A DNA stretch of 64,000 nucleotides from an uncultured Candidatus Kuenenia sp. (GTDB lineage Bacteria; Planctomycetota; UBA11346), in the NCBI GenBank assembly GCA_964654285.1, contig CAZZJC010000001.1, forward strand, positions 5,030 through 69,029, in the 5' to 3' direction. The notes beneath the pieces are model-generated. The model worked only from the letters and a program-made list of their open reading frames with translations, had not been told where the DNA came from and ran no database searches. This document shows, one piece after another, positions 1-9,960 of this stretch. The translations under genes and the position numbers were made by a program. How positions within the stretch are numbered: position 1 is the stretch's first letter; each line of letters begins with the position of its first letter.

Positions 1-321
1 GCAGAGGAGTTCAGGCCAGTCGCAACCGGGCGTGTCCGGCACCCAGGAAGGCTCACTCATGACCAGAACCCGATTGCCTACCGGTACGGGGCAACCCAAA
101 CCCCAGTTGGGCAGGGACACCTTCCAAAGAATGTTCTTGCCGGTGGCCTCGTCCCAGACCGTCGGTGGCTTGGCGTCCGGGATCACACCGGTCCCATCGC
201 CGCGAAAACCGATGCCGGTTTCCGGCACTTGCGCTGGCGGGTGATAGGGAGCCAACGTGGCTGCCGGCTCGCCGCCGAACACAGCTCCGCACAGAAGGAC
301 AAGTATGAGGGATCGCATCAT
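1..321 (-). CDS. PQQ-like beta-propeller repeat protein, N-terminal 107 aa (paralog 0; gene continues beyond left edge)
   Basis: Reverse-complement translation of 1-321 gives MMRSLILVLLCGAVFGGEPAATLAPYHPP...GKNILWKVSLPNWG...VMSEPSWVPD with a signal peptide and the same NILWK / PxWG motifs as the four complete paralogs. An SD-like GGAGGAGAAA lies just upstream of ATGATG at 316-321. It is not in the ORF track because it runs off the window edge. GC3-rich frame. Confidence 0.6.
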   Translation of the reverse strand, partial: MMRSLILVLLCGAVFGGEPAATLAPYHPPAQVPETGIGFRGDGTGVIPDAKPPTVWDEATGKNILWKVSLPNWGLGCPVPVGNRVLVMSEPSWVPDTPGCDWPELLC

Positions 322-394
322 TTCTCCTCCAAGCAGATTGTCGCGGAAGGATTGTTCCATGTTGTTCTTTTTACCCCTGTCATCCGTTGTGACA

Positions 395-3214
395 TCAGTA
401 TCCAGCCACGACGGTGACCGTGCCGGTCAGGCGCTTGATTTCGATCGTTTCCTTTTCCTTGTGGTACGCGGTCCAGGGCTTGCCGTTGATTGTCACGTTC
501 TTGATCGGTGCGGTCTTGGGATGGCGAAGGCGCAGGATCACACTCGATGGTGCGTTACGCGCCGGCATCTCAAGCGTCGCAGTGATGGTGCCGTGATCTA
601 CGTCACTGACGATTTCATAACTGAGGGCGCCGAAATGGGTGGAGGCGTTCTTTATGCTGATTTTCTTTCCTTGTTCCAACCACGCCCGTGGGGTGGCGCG
701 GGCCAGCCAGAGTTCATCGCGGTGTTCCATCGCCAGCATGTTGCGCACGTTGGACAGGAATACCGCCCGGCCATGCGCCTTGTCCTTTTCGGCCCAGGTG
801 GTGTGTTCGTTGAAGGTCCAGGTCGCGAGGTGGAGGTCAGTGGCGGCATGATTGAACAGCGAGCGCAGGAAGTTGGGGATGTCGTCGGCTTCCAGGTAGT
901 ATTCGCACAGGCGTTCCCAGCCGCTCTGGTAGCCCCAGCCGGCGTGGTGAAACCAGTCGCGTTCACGGTTATAGTCGGCCTTGCGTTTGTAGAGCCAGGG
1001 ATTTTCTGACAGGAAGCGGTCTTCCAGGACCTGGAAGTGCCCATCGATGCGCGGATCGGTGGGTGAGAGCAGACCGCTGCGGATCCAGCATTCGATGGCA
1101 GCAGAGGTGAGGACGATGTCGCTGCTGAAGATGCCACAATGCGCGAAGCGTTCGCCATCGGTGCAATGGCTGAGGGCACCCCGGTCCTGGAAGCCCTGGG
1201 GCAGGAAGGAACGACTGGTGCCGTCGCCGACGCGGATGACCGGCGAAAGGACCAGCGATTCGTCGATCACCGGCAAGAGATCCTTGCGATAGCGTTCCAG
1301 TTCCACGCGCAGGGTGGCGGCGAGGGCCGGGTCGATATCGGCCAGGGCCTGGGCCATGTGTGAGATCGACTGGTAGCTCCAGGCATCGCAGACGAAGTAG
1401 TAACGACTGCCACCGGTATCGCCGTCACCCATCGGCGCCTTGGGCTGGAGGCCCGGAGGCGACCGGCGTCCGGCCTGGATCTGCTCCAACTCGGCTGGGC
1501 TCAGTTTATCCGTCAGAGTGCTGTGCCGCCGGGTGATGAGCCAGTCGAGGGCCTTTTTCAGGCGCGGAGCCTGCTGCGTCAGCCAAGCCTTGTCGCGGGT
1601 GAGCAGGTGATGCTCGGCCATGACCCAGAGGATGAGCAGGGCGCCGGCGCGGTGGATGTCATGACCGCCAGCACCGGTTTTGAAATTGGGCAGACCATCG
1701 GGCTGCTGGGTGGCCAGGATCATCTCGACCCCATCACGGGCCTCGCGGTGCATGCCCAGGTGATCCATGCCCCACACCACGCGGTCGAACTCGATGACCA
1801 GGGGGACGAAAGGATGGTTGTTGAGGATCCACATGCCTTGCGGATCGTCATGACCGACGAAACGGCAGTCTTTGGTTGCGAAACCTGCCTCGACCACCTT
1901 CGGAAGATCGTCGCGGTTGATGCGATGCGCCCGGCGCAGCAGATGCCAGGCCCCGACTCGCCAGAGTTCGTTCAGGCCGGCTTCCGGCACCTGGATGCGG
2001 GTGGCAGGCAGGATCTCGCGTTCTTCCGGCAGATTGCCGACGGCTGTGCACGCGCAGTCCTTGATCAGACAGGGGGGACGCACAAAGGGCGCCGGGAACT
2101 GCGGTAGGCGGCCGTGCATGGCGCGCACCGCACCTTCCCAGGATTGTTCAGCATGTTCCCGCACGCGCTGGCGGATCGTGCTGCCTTTTTTTGCCGCCAA
2201 CTGTTGAACATAGGTCGCAGCGGGGACGGCATCCTTGGCCAGACAGACGTAGAAGCCGTATTCCGGGGCCACGATGGGGCTGCCATCCAGTCCATCCGGA
2301 AAACCGCGCCGCGCGCGCTCTAGGGCAGCCGGGGCATTCCAGGGATTGAAAAATCCCGGTTTGAGGGCCATGCGCAGGGACACCGGCAGGGGATCCAGTT
2401 CGGTGGGCACAAAGGAGAAACTGCCCGAGCTGGTGCGCACGGTCAGGATGGAACGCTGCGTACCGGTCAGGTGGTTTTCACGATAGCGCACGGTGGCCAC
2501 GATCCCCCGCCGCTGATCGCTGGCCGGGGCCGAGGTCCAGGTGGTCGGGCCGGTCATGGTGGTGGTGCTACCTGGCAAGGGCACGACCTTTACCACGCTT
2601 GCGTTCTGAGTGGCTTCGATCCGGCCGTCATAGGCGAGTTTGTCCTTGCCGGCTTCGTACCCCCACTCGATCACCAGATCTGCGGTGCGTTCCTGGTTGC
2701 CCGGTGCCGGGGCAAGCGCCAAGGGCAGGACCGGCTTGGCCAGGCTCAACAGGATGCAATCGAGGTTGGCCCCGCCTTTGACGAGGGTCAGCGATACCGG
2801 GACGCCAGCAGGGATGGCCGCTTCGACCACGGTTTCCATCCAAGGTCCGCCCCAGGTGCCAGTTGGCAGGGTGAGGGAACCCACCCGTTTGTCGCCCGCA
2901 TGCAGACTGAAATCCCCGCCGGGTCCGTTGTGACGAATGGCCAGCCAGGCCGCTCCCTCAGTGGTGGGGAATCGCAGGCCGGCCCCGGCCCGGGTGATCC
3001 AGCCGACCGAGTGGCCGAAGGAGGACTTCGGGTCAGGGCTGATTTGTGCGCCCTCCAGCAGTTCGGCATTCTCGGCCTCAAGCAGTTTGCCCCCGACCGC
3101 TGGCGGACTCTCAGCGGCGATGGCCAGGGTCGTGACCAGGGAAAAGATGATGAGCAGACGGGTGGGCAAGAGGGGGCTGCTGGTTGAGTTGGCTAAAATA
3201 GGCGTGCGGTTCAT
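395..3214 (-). CDS. Large secreted glycoside-hydrolase-like protein with N-terminal carbohydrate-binding-module-like beta-sandwich (family unresolved; alpha/alpha-barrel GH such as GH95/GH78-like)
   Basis: 958-aa ORF. Internal Met (MNRTP...) followed by hydrophobic signal peptide LLIIFSLVTTLAIAAE sets the start at 3214. N-terminal CBM-like segment (AENAELLEGAQI...SLHAGD...). The remainder resembles large six-hairpin glycosidases. Lies between a GH29 fucosidase and a beta-propeller gene on the same strand. Confidence 0.65.
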   Translation of the reverse strand: MNRTPILANSTSSPLLPTRLLIIFSLVTTLAIAAESPPAVGGKLLEAENAELLEGAQISPDPKSSFGHSVGWITRAGAGLRFPTTEGAAWLAIRHNGPGGDFSLHAGDKRVGSLTLPTGTWGGPWMETVVEAAIPAGVPVSLTLVKGGANLDCILLSLAKPVLPLALAPAPGNQERTADLVIEWGYEAGKDKLAYDGRIEATQNASVVKVVPLPGSTTTMTGPTTWTSAPASDQRRGIVATVRYRENHLTGTQRSILTVRTSSGSFSFVPTELDPLPVSLRMALKPGFFNPWNAPAALERARRGFPDGLDGSPIVAPEYGFYVCLAKDAVPAATYVQQLAAKKGSTIRQRVREHAEQSWEGAVRAMHGRLPQFPAPFVRPPCLIKDCACTAVGNLPEEREILPATRIQVPEAGLNELWRVGAWHLLRRAHRINRDDLPKVVEAGFATKDCRFVGHDDPQGMWILNNHPFVPLVIEFDRVVWGMDHLGMHREARDGVEMILATQQPDGLPNFKTGAGGHDIHRAGALLILWVMAEHHLLTRDKAWLTQQAPRLKKALDWLITRRHSTLTDKLSPAELEQIQAGRRSPPGLQPKAPMGDGDTGGSRYYFVCDAWSYQSISHMAQALADIDPALAATLRVELERYRKDLLPVIDESLVLSPVIRVGDGTSRSFLPQGFQDRGALSHCTDGERFAHCGIFSSDIVLTSAAIECWIRSGLLSPTDPRIDGHFQVLEDRFLSENPWLYKRKADYNRERDWFHHAGWGYQSGWERLCEYYLEADDIPNFLRSLFNHAATDLHLATWTFNEHTTWAEKDKAHGRAVFLSNVRNMLAMEHRDELWLARATPRAWLEQGKKISIKNASTHFGALSYEIVSDVDHGTITATLEMPARNAPSSVILRLRHPKTAPIKNVTINGKPWTAYHKEKETIEIKRLTGTVTVVAGY

Positions 3215-3288
3215 GGCAATGCGGTTTCCCGGTGAATTGGGTCTGGTTTGGAGGCGGTACTGGAGGGCCAACCATCATCCCGGGATCT

Positions 3289-5841
3289 TCACTTGGTGGC
3301 TTTGACCAGTTCAGCGATTTCAGCCCCGGTCAGGGCGCGAGCATAGAGTCGGAAATCGCGCAGGCTGCCCTGGAAGGAAGGCGCCAGGTCCTTGAGATCT
3401 TTATGCATCTGTCCTCCCAATATAAGGTTGGCCACTGGATTGTAGGGGTGCGCGATATGCGGGTTTTTTGCCTGGGCATGCTTCGGAGGCTGCTCCCCGT
3501 TCACGTAGAGGGTGAAGAGACCAGTGCCAGTATCGCGGGTGACGGCGAGGTGCGTCCAGGTGGCCGCAGGCAAGGTGGCCGCCTTGAGCAGGCCCACCGG
3601 CTCGACCATCTGCCGTCCAGGTTCGGGCGTCATGCTGAAACATGGCGAGGCATAGGTGTTGAGTCCGAGATTGAACTGGTAGTCTTTGACACCTTGGCGA
3701 TCACGCGAGAAGATGGCTTCCCGGTACATTCCGGGGCCGGAGGTCTGCTGACCGCTGCGGTCAGGTTTTATCCACACCGCGATGGTGAACGAGTCATAGC
3801 CCGGGGCTAAGCCCAAATCCACGGCGGTCGTCTTGCCATCAAAGACCAGGGCCTTCGTCGCGTCCTGGCCCCAGGCGGCCGTTCCGGCGATCTTCATCTT
3901 CCTGTCGTTGACCAGTTCCTGCGCCTGGTCGCCAGAGCCTTCGCTCAGCGGACAATATAACAGCAGGTCGTTGGCGCAGCGCAGCGTGGTTCTGCTTCCA
4001 GCCACCACGCTCATTGGCGTCTTGGCCAAGTCCCGCACACCTTCCACGGTCAGCGTGTAGGTGCTGAGTTCCTTCAGGGGACTGGTGGTGAGGACCACCG
4101 AGTCCGAGTCGGCAGCCCGGGTCGCAGCGATGACCGTGGCGGCTGGGTCCAAACGGTAGTTGCCGACCTTGGTCGCGGAGGCTTCCTCCACGGGTTCGCT
4201 GAACTTTACCACCAGACGCGTGGCGTCTGTCTGTTTCATGCTCAAGAGGGTCGGCGGCACGGTGTCTTGGGGAGTGGTCATGGTGCAGGACGCAGTGCGG
4301 GCGCTCTCGAGTCCGCAACCACTGATCGTCGTCACGGTGTAACGATACGCAGTCTGCTCATTCAAACCCCGATCCGTGAACTCGGTAGCCGTGCTCTGGC
4401 CGATGCGGGTTTCACCGCGATAGATGGCGTGGCGGGCGATGCCGCTGGCCGGGACCTCGGTCGGTCTGGTCCAGTTCAGTCTGATGGTGTGGTCATCCAC
4501 CAAGGTGCCGGCCAGTTGACCCGGCGATGCAGGTGGCTCTTTATCCATGGCTTTGATGCCCGTGCGGGTCACGTACAGCGAGCGGATCTGCGGTGTGGCC
4601 AGACGCTCGGTCACCACCACCCGAACCTTGCTGGCGATGGTGGGCGCGATTTTGTAGATGCGCTTGTGGCCCAGGTTCTGGCCAGCGGCCAGCTCCTTCC
4701 AGGTCCCCGCAACCAGACCCTCAATCTTGTGTCTAAGGATGCGCTGACCCAGTTTTAGGTCCTCTTGCACGATGACATGGTCAATCTCGGTGGTCTGGCC
4801 CAGGTCCAGCTCAACGCTGTCGCCAACGCCCTTGGTCGTGGCCAGGGGATAGCCCACGGCATCTTTGATCGCCTGGCCAAAGGCGGCGCAGCGTTCCATG
4901 CTGGCCTTGGCCGGAGGCGAGACGTTGATCACCAGTTGGGCCCCATGGCCGACCGTCTTGTAATACACATCCATCAGGTCATCCACCGACCGGGTCAGAC
5001 CGCCGAGCCAGTTGTTGCCGCCAGCGCCCGGTGTATCGCATTCGATAAAGGCGAAGTGGGTTCCACGCGGATCTTGCGGCCAAGCGTTATACCGCCAGTA
5101 TTCGCCGTTCGCCATGACATACCAGTACGGCAGGGGCGCCGTCCCGTCCTCGTTCCCCACCCAGCGGATCGGATTATAGGCGCCATTGAACGAACTCACA
5201 TTCGGTTGCAATTCCTTCAAAACGACATTGACACGATCGATGAAATCAGCCTTGATGCCGCCATCGAACCAGTACTCGACCAGGGGGCCATAGTTGCTGC
5301 ACAGTTCTCGAACCTGTTCGATGTAGTCCTTGCGGAATGTCTCCTGTTTGACCGGGTCGCTACACAATCCGCCGTCAGCGATCCCATCGCCCCAGTCGGC
5401 AGGCACGTTATAGATGCCCAAACCCAGACCGCGTTTGCGACCTGCTGCGGCCAGTTCGCCAAGAATGTCGCGCATGGGTTGCTGATTCTGCTTGTTGTGC
5501 TGAATGCCGATGCGGGCCCTGGTCTTGGAGACCCACCAGAGGTACCCGTTGTTGTGTTTGGCCACCACCAGCAGGTAACGCGCGCCCATCAACGATGCGC
5601 ACTCGGCCAGGCCATCCGTGTCGATGTCAATCCGCTCGTGGTCTTTCGGCACCCCCATGTGGATGAACATGCCGAATTCCAGGTCGGCCCAGGCGAGTTG
5701 GGCTGGGGTCGGCAAGGCCAGTTTGGGGGGATCCGACTGGGTCGGTTCTGCGGCGGATAGGCCCGCTGTTCCCAAGGTCAGACTCAGGATGAGGAGCGCG
5801 CCCACGAGCACCGGCGCGGCGGAAACGGGTGTCATCCCCAT
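3289..5841 (-). CDS. Alpha-L-fucosidase (GH29) with fibronectin-III/Big-like middle region and C-terminal LamG/concanavalin-like domain
   Basis: GH29 motif pattern (WADLEFGMFIHMGV; KHNNGYLWW; LGIYNVPADW; EYWFDGG). Signal peptide MGMTPVSAAPVLVGALLILSLTLG sets the start near 5841. Long C-terminal beta-rich extension. Confidence 0.8.
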   Translation of the reverse strand: MGMTPVSAAPVLVGALLILSLTLGTAGLSAAEPTQSDPPKLALPTPAQLAWADLEFGMFIHMGVPKDHERIDIDTDGLAECASLMGARYLLVVAKHNNGYLWWVSKTRARIGIQHNKQNQQPMRDILGELAAAGRKRGLGLGIYNVPADWGDGIADGGLCSDPVKQETFRKDYIEQVRELCSNYGPLVEYWFDGGIKADFIDRVNVVLKELQPNVSSFNGAYNPIRWVGNEDGTAPLPYWYVMANGEYWRYNAWPQDPRGTHFAFIECDTPGAGGNNWLGGLTRSVDDLMDVYYKTVGHGAQLVINVSPPAKASMERCAAFGQAIKDAVGYPLATTKGVGDSVELDLGQTTEIDHVIVQEDLKLGQRILRHKIEGLVAGTWKELAAGQNLGHKRIYKIAPTIASKVRVVVTERLATPQIRSLYVTRTGIKAMDKEPPASPGQLAGTLVDDHTIRLNWTRPTEVPASGIARHAIYRGETRIGQSTATEFTDRGLNEQTAYRYTVTTISGCGLESARTASCTMTTPQDTVPPTLLSMKQTDATRLVVKFSEPVEEASATKVGNYRLDPAATVIAATRAADSDSVVLTTSPLKELSTYTLTVEGVRDLAKTPMSVVAGSRTTLRCANDLLLYCPLSEGSGDQAQELVNDRKMKIAGTAAWGQDATKALVFDGKTTAVDLGLAPGYDSFTIAVWIKPDRSGQQTSGPGMYREAIFSRDRQGVKDYQFNLGLNTYASPCFSMTPEPGRQMVEPVGLLKAATLPAATWTHLAVTRDTGTGLFTLYVNGEQPPKHAQAKNPHIAHPYNPVANLILGGQMHKDLKDLAPSFQGSLRDFRLYARALTGAEIAELVKATK

Positions 5842-6018
5842 GCGGTGATGGCGGATGAGCTTGACGTTCGTGATCATGCGGGGTCTCCACCTGGAGGGGA
5901 TGGATAGGGGGTGCTTGGAATTCCCTCGAATCCAGTCGGATCCGGGCTTCCATGGGCGGCAGGACGGCAGCCATGCCGGCAACGGCATCCGGGGTCTGGG
6001 TGGCGATGGGTCATGTCG

Positions 6019-7092
6019 TCAGACCTTGGAAGTCTGCATGATTTGGGCGGATGGGATTCCGGCCCTGTTGTCCCGACCACGGGCAGCCGCCTGGCCTATG
6101 GCCTGTAATTGTTCGATGATGGGCCCCGGGATGATCCCGTCCGGCCCGATCGGTGCATCCCAGCTCACCACGGCGTGCTGACGTACGACATGTTCCGTCC
6201 AGCCCGCCACCAGCTGGGTGGGAAGGCGGGGTCCACCCAGGCCCCATTCCGAGCCCAGGAAATTCCACAGATGCATCTGCTCGCCATCGATCCAGCGTTG
6301 CAGCGGCCCGTAGTGGGCCTCGGGCAGCCTGTCCGCACAGAAGCGGCGGTAGAACGCCGCCTCGCCGATCGGCAGGTTGCCGACCAGTTCGCCGCTGGTG
6401 AAGTCCTCAAAAGGCGAGTAGGCGACCACGAAGGCGTTGGCCCCGGAGTTGAAGGAGATCATGGCCTCAGGATTGCCGCTGCGCAGGGCCTGGGCATAGG
6501 TGCGCAGGTTGGGCGGCTGGTCGTCGGGGTAGCGCTCCTTGCGGTGATAGGCCCCGTCGATGATCCAGCCATGCACCCGGCGGCCGAAGCGCAACGACCA
6601 GTCGCGGCAGATGTCCTCCCAGCGCGTCAGGAATTCCGGCAGGCGGTACTCGGGCCAGGGCCGATCCACGCCGTCGTTCCAGTGCCGGAGCAGTCCCAGG
6701 CCTTTGCGGGCCTCGTGGTCGGCCCAGGAGCCATCGGCGGGGGCATAGACGATCAGGCGGATGCCATGCGGAGCCAGGGCGTCGGCGAGATCGCTGATGA
6801 GATCGCGGCGCGAACATCTGCTGGGATCCAGGCCGGCCCAGCGGTCATAGGTGGGATTGGGGGCGCAATAGTGGCCCGAACCCTGGCCGATGGTGAACAT
6901 CAGGTACGGAGCGCGTACCGCCACGAGCTGTCGCACCAACCCCGGCACATCGAAGGCGTCCACCAGCCGGTTCCAGTCGCGGGCGGACATCTGCGGCGGG
7001 GAGTGGAAGCAGAAATGACAGCACACCCCCCAGCCGGCCTCATGCAGCCAGTCGGTGCAATTGCGGTGCCAGGTAGGGGTGTCAGCGCTCAT
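6019..7092 (-). CDS. GH29-like alpha-L-fucosidase family protein (no signal peptide)
   Basis: Same four-block pattern as the two clear GH29 genes in the window (WLHEAGWGVCCHF; GSGHYCAPNP; LIVYAPADGSW; HGWIIDGAYH). Divergent from an AraC gene. Confidence 0.55.
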   Translation of the reverse strand: MSADTPTWHRNCTDWLHEAGWGVCCHFCFHSPPQMSARDWNRLVDAFDVPGLVRQLVAVRAPYLMFTIGQGSGHYCAPNPTYDRWAGLDPSRCSRRDLISDLADALAPHGIRLIVYAPADGSWADHEARKGLGLLRHWNDGVDRPWPEYRLPEFLTRWEDICRDWSLRFGRRVHGWIIDGAYHRKERYPDDQPPNLRTYAQALRSGNPEAMISFNSGANAFVVAYSPFEDFTSGELVGNLPIGEAAFYRRFCADRLPEAHYGPLQRWIDGEQMHLWNFLGSEWGLGGPRLPTQLVAGWTEHVVRQHAVVSWDAPIGPDGIIPGPIIEQLQAIGQAAARGRDNRAGIPSAQIMQTSKV

Positions 7093-7160
7093 TGCTGGTT
7101 CCTGGGTTCGGGAGGATTGCTCCGATTGTCTGGGATCCTGGAGTAAGCATACTGCATGCG

Positions 7161-8066
7161 ATGGCGGAAACCCGATCGGATGTCAGGTGGTCGGACGACC
7201 GGGGCGTGCCGGGCTCCGAGTCGCTGATCCTGGCCCTGACCGGGACCTATCAGCCGTTCATCCTCGATGGCGACCGTTCCGGCCAGGCGCCTCGGGCCGG
7301 GATCGAGCTGGCCGGTTACCGCCTGTGGTTCGTGCGCGAGGGCCAGCACGAGGTGCGCAACGACGCCGGCACCTTCCGCTGCCGGGCTGGTGAGGGCCTG
7401 CTGCTGCTGCCGGGCACCCGCATGCAGGTCCAGGCCCTGGGTCGCAGCGCCTGGATGCAGATCGACTTCGACGTCTGGTACCGGCCGCGCCATTGCCCCT
7501 ACCTCTGTCGGATGGCCCCTGACGCGCTGCGACCGCTGCAGCCGCTGCCCAGGGAAGTCTGGGGTGTCGATCTGCCCAGCCGCATTCCGGCCGGGCTGTC
7601 GCAGGACTGCGGCCAGGCCATGGAAACCATGACCGCCACCTGGTGGAGGTCGCAGTTCGACCGGCTGGAGGCCAACGTGGTGTTGGCCGGCTTCCTCGTC
7701 CGTCTGGTGCGGGCGGTGCGCGGCGCCCGCACGGCCGCCAACGATCCCATCGAACGGGCCGAGACCTGGGCCCGGGAGCATCTTGACGCGCGGCCCACCG
7801 TGGCCGGCATGGCCCGCGCCGCCGGGCTGAGCCGGGCCTACCTCACCGAGCGCTACCACGAGCGCCGTGGCCGCACCCCGCGCGACTTCCTGGACGACCT
7901 GCGCATGCAATATGCCTGCAAACTGCTGCTGAATTCCGATCGGAACCTTACTGAGGTGGCGCGGCAGGCTGGCTACGGCAATCCGGTCGCCTTCGGCCGG
8001 CGTTTCCGCCTCCGCTTCGGCCTGACTCCTTCGGCCTGGCGGAACAGCCGTCGCGCCCTGGCCTGA
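7161..8066 (+). CDS. AraC/XylS-family transcriptional regulator
   Basis: C-terminal double HTH (RAAGLSRAYLTERYHERRGRTPRDFLDDLRMQYACKLLLNSDRNLTEVARQAGYGNPVAFGRRFRLRFGLTP). ATG at 7161 is chosen to avoid overlapping the divergent gene. Confidence 0.8.
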   Translation: MAETRSDVRWSDDRGVPGSESLILALTGTYQPFILDGDRSGQAPRAGIELAGYRLWFVREGQHEVRNDAGTFRCRAGEGLLLLPGTRMQVQALGRSAWMQIDFDVWYRPRHCPYLCRMAPDALRPLQPLPREVWGVDLPSRIPAGLSQDCGQAMETMTATWWRSQFDRLEANVVLAGFLVRLVRAVRGARTAANDPIERAETWAREHLDARPTVAGMARAAGLSRAYLTERYHERRGRTPRDFLDDLRMQYACKLLLNSDRNLTEVARQAGYGNPVAFGRRFRLRFGLTPSAWRNSRRALA

Positions 8067-8166
8067 ACCGCCTGCGGCGGCCACCAGCCCCCGACCCATG
8101 AGGAGCCCTGCGGGGCGCACGGTCCGCAGGCTTCCGTTCCCGTCTGGGATCCGATGCTGCGCCGCC

Positions 8167-8709
8167 ATGCCCTGCATCATCCCCGTCGGCGGCATCCAGC
8201 CGCAGATCCCGCGCTTCCTCGCCCCCAACGCGACCCTGGTCGGCGACGTGCGCTTCGGCCAGCGCTGCTCGGTCTGGTTCGGGGTGGTGATCCGCGCCGA
8301 CATCAACCACATCGCCCTGGGCGATGATTCCAACGTGCAGGACAACAGCGTCCTGCACGTGTCGAAGAAGTTCCCCTGCGTCATCGGCGCCCGGGTCAGC
8401 ATCGGCCATCTGGCGGTCTGCCACGCCTGCACGATCGGTGACGGCACCCTGGTCGGCATGGGAGCCAAGATCCTCGACGGCGCCCGCATCGGCCGCGACT
8501 GCGTCATCGCCGCCGGCGCGGTGGTGGCCGAGGGCATGGAGATCCCCGACGGCATGATCGTCGCCGGCGTCCCGGCCAAGATCATCAAGCCGGTGACCCC
8601 GGAGACGCTGGTGCGCTTCCGCACCACGACGGCGAACTACGCCGGGGAGTATCAGGAACTTTTCCCTGGCATTTTGGCGGAATCCGCGCACCTCGTCGCC
8701 GGCCGCTGA
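8167..8709 (+). CDS. Gamma-class carbonic anhydrase / hexapeptide-repeat (LbH) family protein (YrdA/PaaY/CaiE-like)
   Basis: Alignable to YrdA-type proteins: RFLAPNATLVGDVRFGQRCSVWFGVVIRADINHIALGDDSNVQDNSVLHV...VGMGAKILDGARIG...AGVPAKIIKP. Confidence 0.8.
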   Translation: MPCIIPVGGIQPQIPRFLAPNATLVGDVRFGQRCSVWFGVVIRADINHIALGDDSNVQDNSVLHVSKKFPCVIGARVSIGHLAVCHACTIGDGTLVGMGAKILDGARIGRDCVIAAGAVVAEGMEIPDGMIVAGVPAKIIKPVTPETLVRFRTTTANYAGEYQELFPGILAESAHLVAGR

Positions 8710-8718
8710 CCGCGCGGA

Positions 8719-9918
8719 CTACCCGAACGCCGCCCGCATCCTGTCGCAGTACCGCTGCACCAGCGCCCATTCCGCGTCGGGTGCGATGCGGTGGTCGGGG
8801 CAGGGGATGAAGCCGCCGAGGGCGACGAGGGGCTTCAGGCGTTCGACCTCGGCGTCGATCGCGGCGGCGTCCCGGGCGAAGACCACCTTGTCCATGCCGC
8901 CGACGCCGCGCAGCGACCGGCCCAGGCGTTCGCGCCAGGGGGCGATGCTCGCGCGCCAGGTGCCGACCTCGATCGGGAACATGGTGTTGACGCCGTGGTC
9001 GAGCCAGATCGGGACGAGCGCGTCGATGCAGCCGTCGCAGTCGACCGAGACGATGTCGATGCCGTGGCGTGCGAGCAGATCCGCGATGCGCCGGTAATGC
9101 GGCGCGACCACGGTGCGGAAGAAGCGCGGCGAGACGAGCGGCCCGTTCTTGTAGCAGACGTCCTCCCAGAAGTGGCCGAAGTCGAAGCGGGCGCCGGTGG
9201 CCAGGGCGCGCTCCACCGCGCGGTAGCAGATGTCGGCGTTGATCCCGACGATCTCGGCCAGCAGATCGGGGTCGTCGGCCGACAGATAGCTCAGGCGTTC
9301 GACCCCGATCACGTTGCGGATCGAACCGATGAGGCTGCCGCAGTGGATGCCGTAATGGAACTCGCGGGTGTCGGCGGCCAGGAAGGCGGCCCCGCCCTGG
9401 TCGAACCGCTTCCAGACGTTGCCGCCCAGCCGCACCTGGGCGTGATCGACGCGGGCGTCGTCCCACTGCCAGCGGTGGCGGTAGTGCCGGTCGAAGCTGG
9501 CGCGGTCGACGAGCAGGTGCTCGATCTCGGCCGGGATCGAACCGGCCTCGGCGCGGCGGAGTTCCACCACCCCATCGCCGTTGCGGACGTGGCGCGATCC
9601 ATCGGGCAGTTCGCGCACCACCTCGGGCGCGAAACCTGGACGCAGGTGGGTCTGCATGTGGAAGCAGGCGTACCAGTTGGTGTCGAAGCCGAGACGGCGG
9701 CCGATCTCGGCATCGGCATCGTTGCCGTCGCCCCACGCGCGCGCGAGATCGCGGCTGAGGTGGCCCTGGCTCGCCCATTTTTCCAGGGTTTCTCCCCAGA
9801 ATCCGAAGTGGACCAGGGGCACGCGGGCATCCTGGTAGCGGAGCACGGCGAGCGCGCGTTGGCGGACGGTGGTTGGGATGGGCATGTCGGCATCATACGC
9901 AACCAGGGGGTTAGCCAT
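8719..9918 (-). CDS. URO-D-like (uroporphyrinogen decarboxylase / methyltransferase-fold) family protein, function unknown (tentative)
   Basis: 399-aa ORF with good coding composition. Family assignment by overall resemblance only. Divergently paired with an AraC regulator. Confidence 0.5.
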   Translation of the reverse strand: MANPLVAYDADMPIPTTVRQRALAVLRYQDARVPLVHFGFWGETLEKWASQGHLSRDLARAWGDGNDADAEIGRRLGFDTNWYACFHMQTHLRPGFAPEVVRELPDGSRHVRNGDGVVELRRAEAGSIPAEIEHLLVDRASFDRHYRHRWQWDDARVDHAQVRLGGNVWKRFDQGGAAFLAADTREFHYGIHCGSLIGSIRNVIGVERLSYLSADDPDLLAEIVGINADICYRAVERALATGARFDFGHFWEDVCYKNGPLVSPRFFRTVVAPHYRRIADLLARHGIDIVSVDCDGCIDALVPIWLDHGVNTMFPIEVGTWRASIAPWRERLGRSLRGVGGMDKVVFARDAAAIDAEVERLKPLVALGGFIPCPDHRIAPDAEWALVQRYCDRMRAAFG

Positions 9919-9960
9919 GGACGGGGCTGCGTCGGGGCTGGATGGAAGTAAGGTGGCGCC

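Noticed and set aside
5880-5960. tRNA-like T-loop sequence (ggaattccctcgaatcc) in the fucosidase/GH29 intergenic region, and aggttcgacc near 14900
   Set aside because: Could not build an acceptor/D/anticodon/T cloverleaf. The stems do not pair (GGAAT vs AATCC). Most likely chance similarity.
8585-9778. 397-aa extremely Arg/Pro-rich ORF, with similar Arg-rich ORFs at 21908-22567, 33548-34183 and 48897-49988
   Set aside because: Compositionally implausible (runs of R/P/G). Each is antisense to or out of frame with a well-supported gene.
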